DNA of 53,490 bases, counting the filler, from Sphacelaria rigidula (taxonomy: Eukaryota): assembly GCA_964200075.2 (NCBI GenBank). It is 5 parts of 5 records of this genome, joined end to end, with 100 filler letters (N's around TTAATTAATTAA, not from the genome) between each part and the next. Parts side by side here need not be neighbours in the genome. Positions count along the whole stretch, not along the records: positions 32,157 to 42,774 come from CAXNAA020006188.1; positions 42,875 to 53,490 come from CAXNAA020006189.1; 3 more parts are not named here. One strand, written 5' to 3'. The position numbers and the translations under genes were made by a program. The first letter of the stretch is position 1. Each line of letters opens with the position of its first letter. Below are positions 37,460 through 51,135 of the stretch, piece after piece. The notes beneath the pieces are model-generated. The model saw only the letters and a list, made by a program, of their open reading frames with translations. It was not told where the DNA came from and searched no databases.

Positions 37460-37890
37460 ATCGTTGCTGTCCAAACATGACCAGCCCGCCCATGCTGTCA
37501 TAAACGTATTGGCATCGCCTACTCTCAAAACCCACATACCAGAGGAATTAGTGTGGGCAGTGCGTTTATGCCTATTACAGAGGCGGGCTGCCTCGTGTTC
37601 GCGACCTCGGTTGAACCCACGGAGCGGAGCATCGAATCATGTGGGCATACGAGCGGCTTGACTCCAAAAAGAACGAGAGCGCGTGCCGTACCAGAAACCC
37701 GGTAAAAACGTGGGGCCGATGTATGTTTCTGACGGCTTGGTGTGTAATCGTTTCTTCACAAGAGCGTTTGCTGTGTCGAAGAACCTCGTTGAGAACGCCA
37801 AGAGGAACCCGGTGTTCCATCGGTGTCGAGAACCACGTGAGTACAGTATCCTATATCTCGTCGCCAAGTTGGGGCAGATGTGTGACGACC
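37460..37890 (+). pseudogene. Possible Sola-type/uncharacterised transposase N-terminal remnant
   Basis: VCNRFFTRAFAVS resembles the VCxxFFxxxxxIS motif of such transposases. HIPEELVWAVR lies upstream in another frame. Confidence 0.3.
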
Positions 37891-39879
37891 GCTGTCGTGT
37901 AGCAAAGCGAACATATTATCATGTAGATTTCACAACATACGGCGGTACTGTACTAGGCGAGCGCGACGTCAAAATAGACCGAAAATGTGTGCTACCACAG
38001 CCTGCTGTAACCGTGCTTTACTGTAGCGCCGGCCAACACATATCGGCTCACTGCTTCTTACCGTCGTATCCGGCGAAAACAACGGGTACAGGTTTGAATA
38101 TTGAAATCTACCACTGTATCCAGGTTTACTGTAATGCGACCGTGGTCCGCCTCGGGACAGTTTAATCGGCTGACAGTCCAGGAACATTCGCGGGTTTCCA
38201 CATATCAGGGGAGGTTATACGAACAGCCGGAGAGCCCAAGAAGTCAACCATTTGTTTTTGGAAGTAAAGACTCCGCTCGCAGCTGTTCGGGTGTACCTGG
38301 CCCTTCTCGCGTTGCCAGAATAGCTTCACACTGTCTGTAGTGCTGCTGGGAAAAACGAACCAGAGACATTAGCAGCGTGCATGCAACGACGGAAACGGAA
38401 AGGTGCTCGTCGAAGACATACTGTTCCATACTATACTGACTTTGCGTACACTTGACTGCGGGCTCAAAACCGGTCAGGAATGTTCCTGTATTGTTGTCTA
38501 TACATGGGTCCTACATTCACGTGTCGCAAAAATTATATCCACCTATATAGGTGGATCCTTGTTTCCAGTATCCTTTCATCATGACCGATCCCGCGTTGTT
38601 TTTTTTAACTCGGGAGCCCACATGTTTTTATTCAGCTGTCCGTTACGCATGTGTGCATACAAAGTGAAGCCTTTACGTGCAGTACCGTGGTGCAGGTAGT
38701 AGTCAGTAGCCATATCCTTTGCATCTGCATCCACTGCCATGGATGTGCAGCTGCATATGAAGACGGTATAGTACTGTGTTCTATTGGCAAAGCACAGCTA
38801 CCTACTGTGCTCGCGAGTACAACCCGTGCTGTAACCTGGCAGAGTACAGCCTGTACTCGGACATGGAGTAGTACAAGATAACAAATACAGACTACAGCTG
38901 TACCGTGTTTGCGAAGTATAGCCTATAGTTGTAATGTCGTACTGCTCGCAAAATCCACGGCCTGTATCGTGAATACTCTTGCCTGCTGCAACACCCTGGC
39001 ACTGATCGTACTACTTTTATACCGTCAAGTCTACATCGTACAGAATGTATCATGCCCATCATCTCGAGAAAACAAATGTCATCATCCACGGCACCTGTCA
39101 TGAAGACGCATATTAGTCTGTTGATGCCGCTTCAGACCTGTTGTCGATTCTAGCCATGGTGTGCATTTGTTCCGGAGACTACAGGTCTGTTCAGAGGTGG
39201 TCGGATACGGATGTGAACCTGTATAATCACAGGAATAATACGGGCTTTGTTCGCTGTAGCCACGAACAAACCCCCCTGATGAGCACTACCAACTGCTCCC
39301 ATCTGCTAGCCAGCAAAAGGAAGTCTAACCATCGGTGAGAGATATTGGCTGGTCTGGGTTGGATTGATTGAGTGGTATCGGAGTTAGAATGAAGCTAATT
39401 AAGAGAGAAGTCCAAGAACCTATTTGCGTGAACCTCGGTTAGCATTTGGATATTGAGCAGGTTATACAGCCTTCTGCACGTTGTAACAGTCTGACGATTG
39501 TACACTTGCCTGACAAGCTTGTGCCTTGGGTTGCAAGCTGTGTCCTTACATTATACAGCCCCTTGCTCTATATTACAGACCCTTCCATAATGTATTGATA
39601 CTCAGAGCCGGTGAATCTCCGTTTCTGTGGGGGTGGGCCGAGGTGAACAATTTGATGTTAAATAAATGATCGGCGCCGCCTCGCAGCATAACATCATTCG
39701 TGGGGGGCATTGTTATTACTCCGAGGCGGTGTAGCGTGTTGAACTTTGCTGCTCATGATAATCTGAAGGTTTTCTGTACGTGTTGCTTGGGTTGTGGCGC
39801 GTCGGTCTCACAGCTTCGGGTATTCCGAGTTGTGGTCGGAGGGTGCGTGTTTTGCGATCAGACGAAGACACTGTACCTG

Positions 39880-40089
39880 ACTGTAACACTTGTGAAAGTG
39901 AAAAATAATGGTCGGATGTGCTGCCCAGGGACTTTGGGCGTGGGGCTGAAGCGCTGAAACGTGGTTTCGAGGTGCTCAGCCAGCGTGCAGCGCCGCGCCC
40001 CAAAGCAAAAAATGCGCTACCCTTTTTTACTCCAAAAGCATAAGGGTGTACCCTTTTTTGTATATTGCCATTTGATTGTTTACGCCCTG
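39880..40089. mobile_element. hAT-like non-autonomous element end
   Basis: Inverted homolog of 9510-9700; terminus TTTACGCCCTG. Confidence 0.55.
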
Positions 40090-42774
40090 AAAGAGAGCTC
40101 GGCGAAGTACAACACCTTAGAATAACCTGCTGTATTGGTTGAGACGGTCCCAGGATATGTATCAGCTTTTCCTGGTGGCCGCAGTTTCTATTTTAACCAA
40201 ATGAGTATTTTTGTCCAAGAACGGTGAAGATTGGTCAAATCTACGAACAAATGTCACTCTCCGCTGGGCTCGACCGTCTCTGAACAAAACTTCTCGTTTG
40301 GCCCAAATAAGAACTGCAACCAACCGTCAGAAAACGGGAAGACGTCCTCGAACCGCCTCAACCAATAAGAGCAGGTCTTTTCATGGTGTCGAACTCCACC
40401 AAGCTCTCTTTTCGGGCGTGAAATGACTAAGAAGAGCTGAAACAGCATTTTTTCGACTTTTTGTTCACTGTAAGAAGTGGCCCGAGATTGCCGACTGTAA
40501 TCGTTTTCACAAATTAAATACGGTAAACTGTTTTCGCGAGCAAAGGCTTCAACCTTTCTGCAGGGTGTGCTGACAGACTACTGCAGTCCATCGTTCAGGT
40601 CAAAACTGTAGGAAAGTAGGATGTGTGGGCCCGAGTCTAAACATTATGTCGCAACCTGATTCTCACAAACCAACAACTTGCCATTTTCCGTGAACGTGTT
40701 GCGAAAAGCTCGGAATGTTTTCCATCGATGGAGGGTCGTGCTTCGTTGGAAAATCGAGGTTGATATTCTTATTGGCCAACACTGCGGGTGTTGACCTACG
40801 CTATCTGTCACTCGCACGAAAGTCGGGAAGAAGACTTGGCTTTGGGGACAACAGGTACCCCTCTTTTGCTCTCATACGAGTATGGCTCCGACTGGTTCAA
40901 TTGAGCCTGCGTGTCACTCTTGCCTGAATTGTCTGCACTCTTGCATGTCGTGTGGCTGGCGGAACTCGGTCTCGTCATGTTGTCATTCCATTCATTCATG
41001 TCTTGGTCCACACGTCCGCACCCATGTACCACATTGCACAGCATACTTGTGTGTCGAATGACAACCCGGTCGATGCAGCAGGTACTACGCAGACACCTCC
41101 TTCTCTACATCGGCGTGCCGACTAGCCAACTCCATCGCAAAAGTGGACAAGGTACGCATGGAAAACTGACGCGTTTTACGATGCTACTCCGCACTCAACG
41201 TGATCCTCTCTCCAATTCGACATCTCCAACCCGGCTACAAATTCGTCCGTGATTGCGCCACTTGTTCCACCGGGTCTGCTCAGTGGACAGCCGCTGCCCT
41301 GAGGGCGGCATCACCATGAATACCGGTACAAACAGAATTGCCGGAAACGTTGACGTGTTCATCATGCAATGAAGATATACCGTGCGTTCTAGAGAGTAAT
41401 CTGGGCAACACATACCCTCTTTCCTCCCTCCCATCCCCGCAACGGTTGTGGTTCTGCATGATCCGAACTCTCTCGTCTGTCTTGCCTCCTGACATCACCA
41501 CCTGGCCTCAAGATTCTCTCCCCTTGCTGCTTCTTTGCGTCGCTCATCACCGATTGCTTCATTTTGATGAATTCTTGCGTGTAGTACTTCCTCCAACATG
41601 GTCAATTTAGCGCTATTATCCGAGAAGATGCTAAAAAACGCCATGCGAAACACTGCTACACTCCACTTCTCCGACAACGTAAAAGAGTTTCCCCTAACCC
41701 TAGCAAAGTGTTGGTTGGAAAGCCCGGACCTGCCACCACTTCACATACTTCTTGTTCAGGGAAGAGCATAATCTACACACGGTCGTCACCCCCGCGTTTG
41801 TTTTCAGCCCTTGTGGCTTCCCCCCTCGGTGTGAATCACCAACGCTCGTTCTCCCTGATGATCAAAACGAACAGCACCCCCAACAACAACATGCCAGCGC
41901 CCAGGAACACTCCCGAGAAAATAGAGTTGTCACTATCCGTTCCAACGAACGCCCCGAAAACGGTGAGACAGGCCCCACTGGTTACGCTCACCCAGTTCTT
42001 TACGTCCTCATACCATTGCGCTGGAACCTGCATGGTGAACGGATGGAATTACGACTGCTCGGTGAGGCGCGTTTATCCCAGGCGATGATTGTTGCCACCT
42101 TCCAATGAGCTTTCGGTTGTAAAGTCAACCGACTCGAGCTAGGGGAGTACAGCATATGGTTAGGATAAGACCCCGAGGAACAATGTCATGCTTGGGATTC
42201 GCCGAGACAACGTGCGGGCAAAGTTGATTCAACATCAAGATCTAATGTATGCCATAAGCAGCACGTAGATCGGCAACCTTTTAGTACCGTAAGTGGTGAA
42301 ACACCGTCGATCATACCTCGCGGGGTGTATTGGCCTCGTTATGTGGCTGACCAGCGGGAATCTGTGCGGAAACAGTTCGGTTGCGACAAAGGCAGCAGAC
42401 GAGTCATGCAGTCGAGAGCGCGCTTACACTTCGTAAGCATCAAGGTCCAACTATATGATGGTCTCAACGAAGACCATTCTTCATAAGAATACGGCATTTT
42501 CTCGCTGCAAAGTACATTTTTGCAGTTGCACGCGACCAAGAGGCCCCTACTTCATGCTCGTAACTCAAAACTCGCTCGCACGTGCGTGATATGGCACGTG
42601 GTTTGATACCGTTGAACATACCTGGTGGCTCGGACTGATACGGATAGATGCCTGACCAGTCGATATCTGTGCAAAACCAGTTTGGTTGCGAGAAGGGCAA
42701 AGGGACGATTCGCGCAGGCGTGAGCAGATCTACATTTTTGGGGTATAGAGGACCACGTGAAAATGGAATTTTTG

Positions 42775-42874
42775 NNNNNNNNNNNNNNNNNNNNNNNNNN
42801 NNNNNNNNNNNNNNNNNNTTAATTAATTAANNNNNNNNNNNNNNNNNNNNNNNNNNNNNNNNNNNNNNNNNNNN
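42775..42874. other. Artificial contig linker
   Basis: N44-TTAATTAATTAA-N44. Confidence 0.98.
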
Positions 42875-42899
42875 CGTTGCTTGTTCCACGCTTGGCCAG

Positions 42900-45200
42900 G
42901 TACGGCCAGGAAGAGGAGTCTAAGGACGTCAAACACGTGGTGAGACCTGCGTGAGGAAGAGGTGCTGTGGCCGTTGTCGTTGTAAGGTGGTACAGCGCGT
43001 CCCGGTGTAAGGAGAGAGTTGTTGTTCCTGTGAGTGGGAGGCGACTTTGTTTTTCGAAAAAGGCGGTGTGGAGTGCTGTACTGCTGACCAAACTGTTTGA
43101 GGGGCAGGAGTATGTCGCGGTGGACGGCCATGTTCTTCGTGCGCCGCAACAATATGTTGTCATCGATGGTCGCGCTGTCCGTGTACGATTTCTGGATATG
43201 CCAAACTACGGTCGCAAGTTCTCAAGTGAGAAATCTGCCCAGTTTCTGCGGAAGTATGAGGACTACCTTCGTGAGGTGCACGCAACGAACGCGCGTCAAG
43301 CACGCTGGCACGTTGTTGAGGAGCCAGCAGTTTCTGACCTCATGCTCGCACATATCGAGAACTGTCTATGCGACACATTTTTGGATGATGCGAATGATGT
43401 TGGGCAAGAGAAAGTGCTCTTTGCGCTGCGTATGCATGCATCTTATGCATCGCCGAGTGCGATGCAAGACAGTGTGAAGTTCGGCGGCGGTGGAGACAGG
43501 CACGCCATTTTGACGGGCAAGAAGGCGACACAACGTAGACCTGTCCGAGTGCGCAGGCACGAGAGCGCTAAAGGCGTTGCCGCTATTGCCGTCAAGGAGC
43601 AGGCCAGACACGAAGTGGCGGCTGTAGCGAGTATGGGTGACACTGCTGCTGCTGCTGCTGGCGATGTTGAAAGAGCGGGGCCTACATGAGCCAATTAGGC
43701 AAGTACTGGTGGGTAGAGGTCCCAGTTCCTTGTTGCCGCCGGATCAGCGCGTAGCTGGAGATACTCCTTGCATGCTCGATGCTGCAGGGGAGTGTTATTC
43801 GCGTATGGTGAGCGAGCAGGGTGAGCTTGGGGCTTGCCGTGCTCATGGTGAATCTATCTGCGCCAGTGGCAGGGCGGAACATCGTTCAGATGATTCGCAG
43901 GGGTGCCTGCTTGAAGGACAGGTGGATGCCGGGTTGGCGGAATTGCCGCCGGAGCATCGCATAGCTGTGGACACGCCTTGTATGATGGAAACAACAGGGG
44001 CGTGTGACCCGCGAGAAGCGGGTTCGCAGAGCGACCTGCAAGCTCGTGATGCTGTTAGCCATCACAATTCTGACGGCGACGACGAGCGTGGCATGGTGTT
44101 GGGGGTGGTCGTGTGCACTGCTGTTTACATGGACAGGTTTGGCGTATTTGACGGCGATGGCGGCGGTGTTTCCACTGTTGCGCCGCGGGGTGTTTGAGGA
44201 GGATAGCGTGCCATCAGGAGGTGTTGCTGTACGGGACTGTGTAGATGTTCCCGTTTCGCCTCTGGTTTCCTCTGTCAAACCGACTGAAGCACAGGTGTTC
44301 AGTACTGCCTAAGTAGCTGTGAAGGCAGATAGATGGCTTGTCGCATTGGTTCGGCGGTGTGGATATGCCTTTGAGAGGCGTGTTGAGCTCAACCATGGGG
44401 GTGCCAGGTGTAGCTAGACTGAAGGTTCGAGGAGGGACTGTCCGAGAGGAAAGGATGCTCTACGCTGTGCACGGGGTTGTGGTTCGAGTCCTGCTGTCTC
44501 TAAGGAGCGAGCTGGAGGACTACAAGGAAGGCATTATTACCTGAGGTGGTGAGCGCCGAGTTGGGTGCTGATATTGAGTGCACATTATGACTGGTATTCG
44601 CGAATCGTTTTGAGAATGGTTGCCGCTTGTTATTGTGTGGTTTGTGGTCATCTTTGCGCATGAAAAATGGTAGTTGAGCGAGTATGATCGTATCGCGTGT
44701 GTAGGGTAAAACTCTGGCGTACACGTGGGTATTTGGCATGTGTGTGTTGTGCTCATGTGGTTGGCACGGACGATGCATGGTGTTTGCTGCGATGAAGGTG
44801 ACATTGCATGTGCCGAGTGAAATGTTGGAATGCATGAGCGTATTTTCATATGTTTAGTAGAAGTTTGGCAGGCATGTGCGAATTTTTGCTCGAATGGTAC
44901 TGATATGAATGGTATCTGGTGATGACCTAGGGTGGGGCAGTTTTCAATATACTGCTGTATGCTAAATGAAGTGAACCTCGTATAACCTTGTTCGCGCAGT
45001 AACACAGTCGAATCATATTTGTGCGGTTTGCACGTGCTGACCGCACGATATATGGATTGCTGCTGTTAGCGTGAAAATGAGCTGGAAGATACGAGATGCG
45101 TAGGCTCGTACCGACTGTAGGAGACGGAGACACCTGCTGTTAGCGTGAACATGAGCTGAAAGATACGGAATGCGTAAGCTCGTCGTATGTGAGCAGGTAT
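42900..45200 (+). mobile_element. Gag-only non-autonomous Gypsy-derived element (family X), copy 1
   Basis: MPNYGRKFSSEKSAQFLRKYEDY...SDLMLAHIENCLCDTFLD aligns by eye with Gypsy gag VPEYGRVFSEQASRRFYQRYREY...QELVPKRIQKCVSDTIFD. No pol. Homologous to 51136-53400 and 46610-47367. Confidence 0.75.
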
Positions 45201-45299
45201 GGCGCGAGTACTTCCGGTGGTTGAAAATACAGACATCATGCGCGCATGCATCAATGATCTTTGACCGTGGCACGTTTTGGTATGGATTGTCACGTGTTT

Positions 45300-46600
45300 G
45301 AACGAGCACGTGGTTGGTCTTTCGTTTATGTCAGAAGGAGGATGTGGATGATGCATCGATATGTTCGAAGAACTGGTGCAGGTGGACTGCAACAGTGTCA
45401 ACGAATTCATTATTTCTACATTTTGGCTGATGTGCGGATGGGATATGATGGTTCAAGATCCAAACGAGATATGTGAATATCTGGGGTTTTCTCGAAAACA
45501 AGAGTTCGAGAAGGAGATCACGAGGTGTGATCAATGATGGCGGATATCGAGGTCCGTTCGCCGTCGTTGGATTGGTATGCATGACCTGAAGAGCGGTTGG
45601 AGGCATAGCTTTCCTATGATTTTCTGAATGAAATAATGGCAAGTTGAAGCATTGAAGCTTTGACGGCGGGAGGCCATGCGATGCATACATTGTTTACGGT
45701 GTTGCAGAAGCAAGAGGCCAGGTGCGTTTTGGACGTGTTGGGTGCATATTTCCTTCGAGCGTGAGGATGATGTATCAGTTGGCTGTTGCACTCCGTTGCG
45801 TAGGTGTTGAACGTACAAAGAGTGCATTTTGTAAGAACCTTGTCTTGGATGAGAGGGACGATGAGTCACGAATGCTCTGGAAGTTGACGTGCGCTGACAT
45901 TCCCGGTTTCGTGCCGATCAAGAGTCAAGAAGAGACTTGTCTTGGGCGAAGATTTGAGAATTTGGCGCTAGCTATCGCTTTGTAACTCGAAGTGGTGCAA
46001 GTAGCGTGGTTGATTGTTCATGGTGGGGGATATTTTCTTGGAACCCCTTGCGAGTTGTTCGGAAGTGGGGCAAGCTTGTATGGAGCTGATGTCGAAAGCA
46101 GCGGAAGAGATTGGTATTCTTTGCGGAAGACGACGGTACTATCAGGCACCAATGATGTCTGAGTTTGTCAAGCTCTGATGAAACCACTTGTCGGTAGTAG
46201 AGAGCTTTGAGGGTGCTGTAGACTCTAGCCATCATTCTTACCTATAGACTTCTGTCACTCAAGATTTGATTGCCATGTGGACTCACTCCTCCCATGACGG
46301 GCACATGGACTTCAGCAGCTTCACTTTACAGCAGCTTTACTTATTCATGTATTAACCTTCAGCATAGTACAGGAACACAGGACCATAGCCTCTCTCCACC
46401 AGAGTAGCGAAACCAGTCTATTTCGTCAAGGAGGTCACCCATCACAGAATTTGGCAATCAGACCCGCAACTACACCTACCTACATCCCTAACCTTAGACA
46501 AACGGACACTCCATTCACATTGTCTTTTCAGACGGAAATGGAATATTCCCTCCGAAGACGTTCCATAGCTAAAGATCGCTCATCTTTAACCACAAGAAAC
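45300..46600 (-). mobile_element. LTR-element 5' remnant (LTR, PBS-like site, non-coding leader)
   Basis: The minus strand reads ...ACA-AGTGGTTTCATCAGAGC near 46190-46172, resembling a tRNA-iMet PBS (TGGTATCAGAGC). Confidence 0.35.
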
Positions 46601-46609
46601 ACCCGCGTT

Positions 46610-47367
46610 TTCCTTGCGCGCATATGAGCCTACGCATGTCGTACTTACTACTCATTTGAACGCCAACAGCAGCAATCTATATATCCTGCAGTCAGCACGT
46701 GCGAACTGCACAAATATGATTCGACTGTGTTCCCGCGCGGACAAAAAATCCACTCAGCATATGAAAATTCGCACGTGCATTCCAACATTTCACTCAGCAC
46801 ATGCAATGCCACATTTCTCGCAGCAAACACCATACATCGTCCATGCCAATCACATCAGCACAACACACATATGCCAAATATCCACTTGTACGCCAGAGTT
46901 TTACCTTGCACACGCGATACGATCATACTCGCTCAACTACCACGTTTCATGCTCAAAAATGACCACAAACTTTACAATAACCAGCTGCAACCATTCTCAC
47001 AACGATTCGTGAATACCAGTCGTAATCTGCTTCCTCATTCTCAACAACGCTTAATCATCGCAGCACTTGCTCCTCAACATCAGCACCCAACTCGGCGCTC
47101 ACCACAACAGCAAACACCTCAGGTAATGCCTTCTTTGTAGTCCTCCAGCCCGCTCCTGAGAGACAGCAGCACTCGAACCACGACCCCGTACACAGCGTAG
47201 AGCAGCGTTTCCACTCGAATACTCGCTCCTCGTGCCATAAGTCCAGCTACAGCTCCGACCTTCGTGGAGCTGCTCAGCTCGTCACTAACGGGTATATCCG
47301 CACCGCCGAACCAATGCGACAGATCATCTGCCCCCACAGATGCTCGCGCATTCACGAACGCTCGTGA
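46610..47367 (-). mobile_element. Family X 3' part (partial copy)
   Basis: Direct homolog of ~51630-52487; similarity breaks at 47367. Confidence 0.8.
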
Positions 47368-50300
47368 GGATACTTACGTTGAATAACAGGGAGAGGGGAA
47401 AGCGGCGGAAAGAGAGGCGCAGGCCACACGGAATCCAAGGGTACTGCAGTGACAAGAGGCTGTTGGAAGGATGGCAGCGCGGAGGAAAAGTGGCGCCAGC
47501 GAGGCGGTTGATGACGTGGAGTTTGCAGTAACCGAATTGACATTGGGTGGATCGTGGAAAGTGCCCGAATATGGTCGAGTATTCAGTGAACAAGCTTCCA
47601 GACGGTTTTACCAAAGGTATCGCGAATATGAGGAGGCAGTGGGGAAAAGTAACAAAGGCCGGTCGGTTAAGTGCGCGCTCTCGACCATGCAAGAGTTGGT
47701 GCCCAAGCGCATCCAGAAGTGCGTGTCTGACACCATCTTTGACGGGTTGCCACTCAACGAAGACGAATTGCAGCAAGGGATTGCACGCCACGCGAAATGC
47801 TGGATCGACATGGAAATTGATCCTTCCGAAGCTGCAGCAGATGTCAAAAAGGCCCTCGCCGCACGGTCTGAAGCAACTGCGATGAGTCGAGTTGAAGGGC
47901 AATGGAGTTCATTACAGGAGTACCTTGCGGAAACCTTGCGGAAAATGCATGTGCGGAGTGCGTTTTCCTTGAACCTGATCGTACGTTCAAGGCTGGTACA
48001 GCACACGTTATTACGAGAGCTATGGTCGCCGGCCTGACCCCACCTGAGTTAAAGAATAAAGTTTAAAATATACTCTTTATGAAAAGGGACTGGAAAGAGA
48101 GCCCGAGAGTGGTTTATGAAGTAGCTCATGACTTGGCGGAAAAATGGAAGACTGTTGAGGAGGTTGACAAACACCGCCGCCAGCGACCGCAACTTGGGCA
48201 AAAACGCGGCCCATTAGGCTCAAAAAGCTGACATCGCATGCCGCCGCAGCAGCGGCTGCGGCCGCAGCAGCGGGTAGTGGCGGTAAGAGCTCGAAAAAGC
48301 CCCACAAACCTGGTCCGAGCTATGCAGGTTGTTTCGAGTAACGATGAGGGCCACTACAAGAAGGACTGTAACAAATAGAACACACCTGCGGCTGCGGTGA
48401 GTGCGTCAGGTGGGCAAGCAAAATCGTCGCCGCCGCCGCCGCCGCAGCAGCAGCAGCAACAGATCCATGTTCAGCGGGGGGGCTTAAAGGTCCTGCTCCC
48501 ACACGGGCTGTTTTCTCAGGGGATGGAATGCAAGGGGGTGCTAGTAGTGCAGATAGCATGGTGCCACCCCGGCCTTCCGCTCCGGCTCCTACAGCTTAAA
48601 CCCAACGACCGGCGGGACCGGCTCAGAAGTGGATGTCTCAGACAATGCCGGTATGATGGGGTCTGCACACCGCTGAGGTTGCAGATTTACAGGCTGAGGG
48701 TGTGGTAGTTGACCGCAAGCAGCGATGCTGCCGGACAGACTGGTCCGTTCCTGGTTCCGCAGCCAAAAACCTTTGCGCTGTTACCGCTGTTTTGGATTCG
48801 GGGGCTGGCATCACTCTCATGTCTGAAAAAGTGGTGGCCCAGTTGCAAGCAGTGTTCCCTGATGTGCCAGTTGTCACGAGCATGGCCCGTGCACACCCGG
48901 TGAAACTAGCTGATGGTAATGTACGGAGTATGTAGTCAAAGACGTGCCTAGTGCGCACCGCTCTGCACACCAGCTGGGGGCCGGTGGTGCTAGATCCGTG
49001 TCATTATGCGGTCATGCCAGGTGCCGATGATGTGGTGATCATCGAGAGCGGTACGCTGGAGGCCATGGGCATTGACGTGTACAGAGAGCTGGACGCATGC
49101 GCACGCTAAAGACACGCGTTGGGGAGAGGTGTAGATACGCCTGAATTCCGAGAATGTAGGCGTGTGAGCATTGCGATTAAGGCGTTACAGGATCCAGGTG
49201 GACAAGAGGAGCCTGTGGATCCCTCCGTTGAGCGATTGATGTCGCGTTGTGCCGAGATGAACATGACTCAAGAGGAGGAGCTGGCAGAGGGTCGTGTTGC
49301 ATTGGATCATGCAGTACAGGCGGCTGCGGACAAGGGGATGTCGGCGAGCGGCGTTGATAAGCGTCGGGAGGTTATTGGGCGACGTGTCAACGCTTTTCGG
49401 TGAGCATTGCGCAGTGATCCGCCTGCTCGTGTAGAGAGCCATTGAGGGTGAAATTCAAACCTGGGGCTCGAGCAGTCAAGGCGAGCCCGCGGGTGTATTG
49501 CCCTGTAAAGGCCGCGTGGTTAGCAGGGTGTATGGCGACACTGGTAGCGCTTGGGCTAGTATTTCGCAGCTTACAGGCAGTGTGAACGAGTGTGGCCATG
49601 GCGACGTCGAAGAAGGGCGGTTATCGACTGGTGAGTGACTATCACGCGGTAAACAAGCAGATTGAGAAGATTTCGAATGTCATGCCTAGCCACGAGACGG
49701 AGATGATCGACCTGCTAGGCGCTGCGTGTTTTGGCACGATTGATATGCTGCAGGGTTACTGCCAGATGCTGTTGGCGGCTGATGCACAAGAAATGTTCAC
49801 GATTGCGACTTCCGAAGGTCTGTTTACCCCCACACGGGTGCCGCAAGGGGTGTTGAATGCGACGGGGTAATTCCACGGCATCATCACAGGGTCATTGACC
49901 GGACATCAGTGCAAAGTATGGGTGGATGATATCTTGTGGTGTGGTAAAGATGAGGGTGATCTGCTGTGTGCACTGGACAAGATGTTGGGCCGTTTGGAGG
50001 ATGCTGGTCTTTTTGCGGCTGCGCACAAGTGCATGTTCTACGACACACAGATCATGTGGTGCGGAAAGGTCTTTTCAGGTGGTCAAGTGGCTCGTGACCG
50101 CGAGAGACTGAGCGGGTTGGCCAATCTTGGGGCCCCTGCGCACAACAGGCGATCTTCTGCACTTTCTGCAGGCGGTCAACTGGCTGAGAACGTCCCTGCC
50201 GCGTTTGGCGGAGGTGGTAGAGCCGCTGCGGGTATTACTGGAGGAACATGTGCAGGGAAACGTGCGCCGTACCAAGCAAGTGGGGTCAAACCGGACAATC

Positions 50301-51135
50301 GAGGAGTCGGTATGGACGTCCAGGCGTGCTCAGGCGTGGCACGAGGCGCAAGACTTGGTGGCGCATGCTGTCGCTTTGTCATATCCCAAGCAGGGGCATG
50401 AGGTGCTCATGTTTCCAGACGCATCGGATCTACGCTGGAGAAGTCTTCTTGCGCAGGTGCCGGAGGATGAGCTGGGTGGTATATTGGCGGTGGAAGACAT
50501 GAGCCATGAGCCGATGGGGGCTTTTAGCGGAATTTTTCGTGGAGCGCAAGTTCGGTGGGCTGTTGTTGGTTCCGGATCGAAGCTCATGTGACAGATTTTG
50601 TGAGGAAATGTTTGCAGTGTGTGGACTTCGAAGCGGGTGAGACGGTCCCGCGGCCACTAGGGGAGACAATGCATGGCACGCGGTCCGGTGAGGTGATGCA
50701 TTTTGATTATCTGTATACATTAGCGAAAGCGGTTCGGTGGGCGAGAGCGACCTGGACGAAGGCGACGGGTATGAGTACATATTTGTAATGATCGATGATC
50801 TGTGCAATTTCGCGTTGTTGGAGCCCACCGAGTCTTGTACAGCTGCAGCCATGGTGCAGCATCTGTTGGCGTGGTGCAAGGTGTTGGATCCGCTGAAGGT
50901 TTTGGTTAGTGGAACCGCATCGCATTTTAAGAACCGTGTGATGCGAGCACTGGAGAAGGCGCTGAAGCTGGAAAGGAGGTTCGCGGTTCCCAACTCGCCG
51001 TGGTTAAATGGTACGTGTGAAAGGATGATGCGAGAGGTTGTCTGTACTTCGAAGGCCATACTGCAAGAAGAGAGGCGCGACGTTCGTGGCTGGGTGGGAC
51101 CGGTGCCTGCCGTGCAGTGAGCATTGAACACGGTT
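47368..51135 (+). mobile_element. Degenerate Ty3/Gypsy internal region (gag-PR-RT-RH-IN)
   Basis: gag from 47471; protease VLDSGAG (~48789-48809); RT YRLVSDYHAVN, IDMLQGY, TRVPQGVLNA, WVDD (49919-49930); RNase H MFPDASD; integrase RKCLQC, HFDYL, VMIDD, SPWLNGTCERMMR. Several stops and frameshifts; no LTRs. Confidence 0.93.

Noticed and set aside
41836-42033. Short hydrophobic two-TM-like ORF
   Set aside because: Isolated, with no supporting exons or family assignment.
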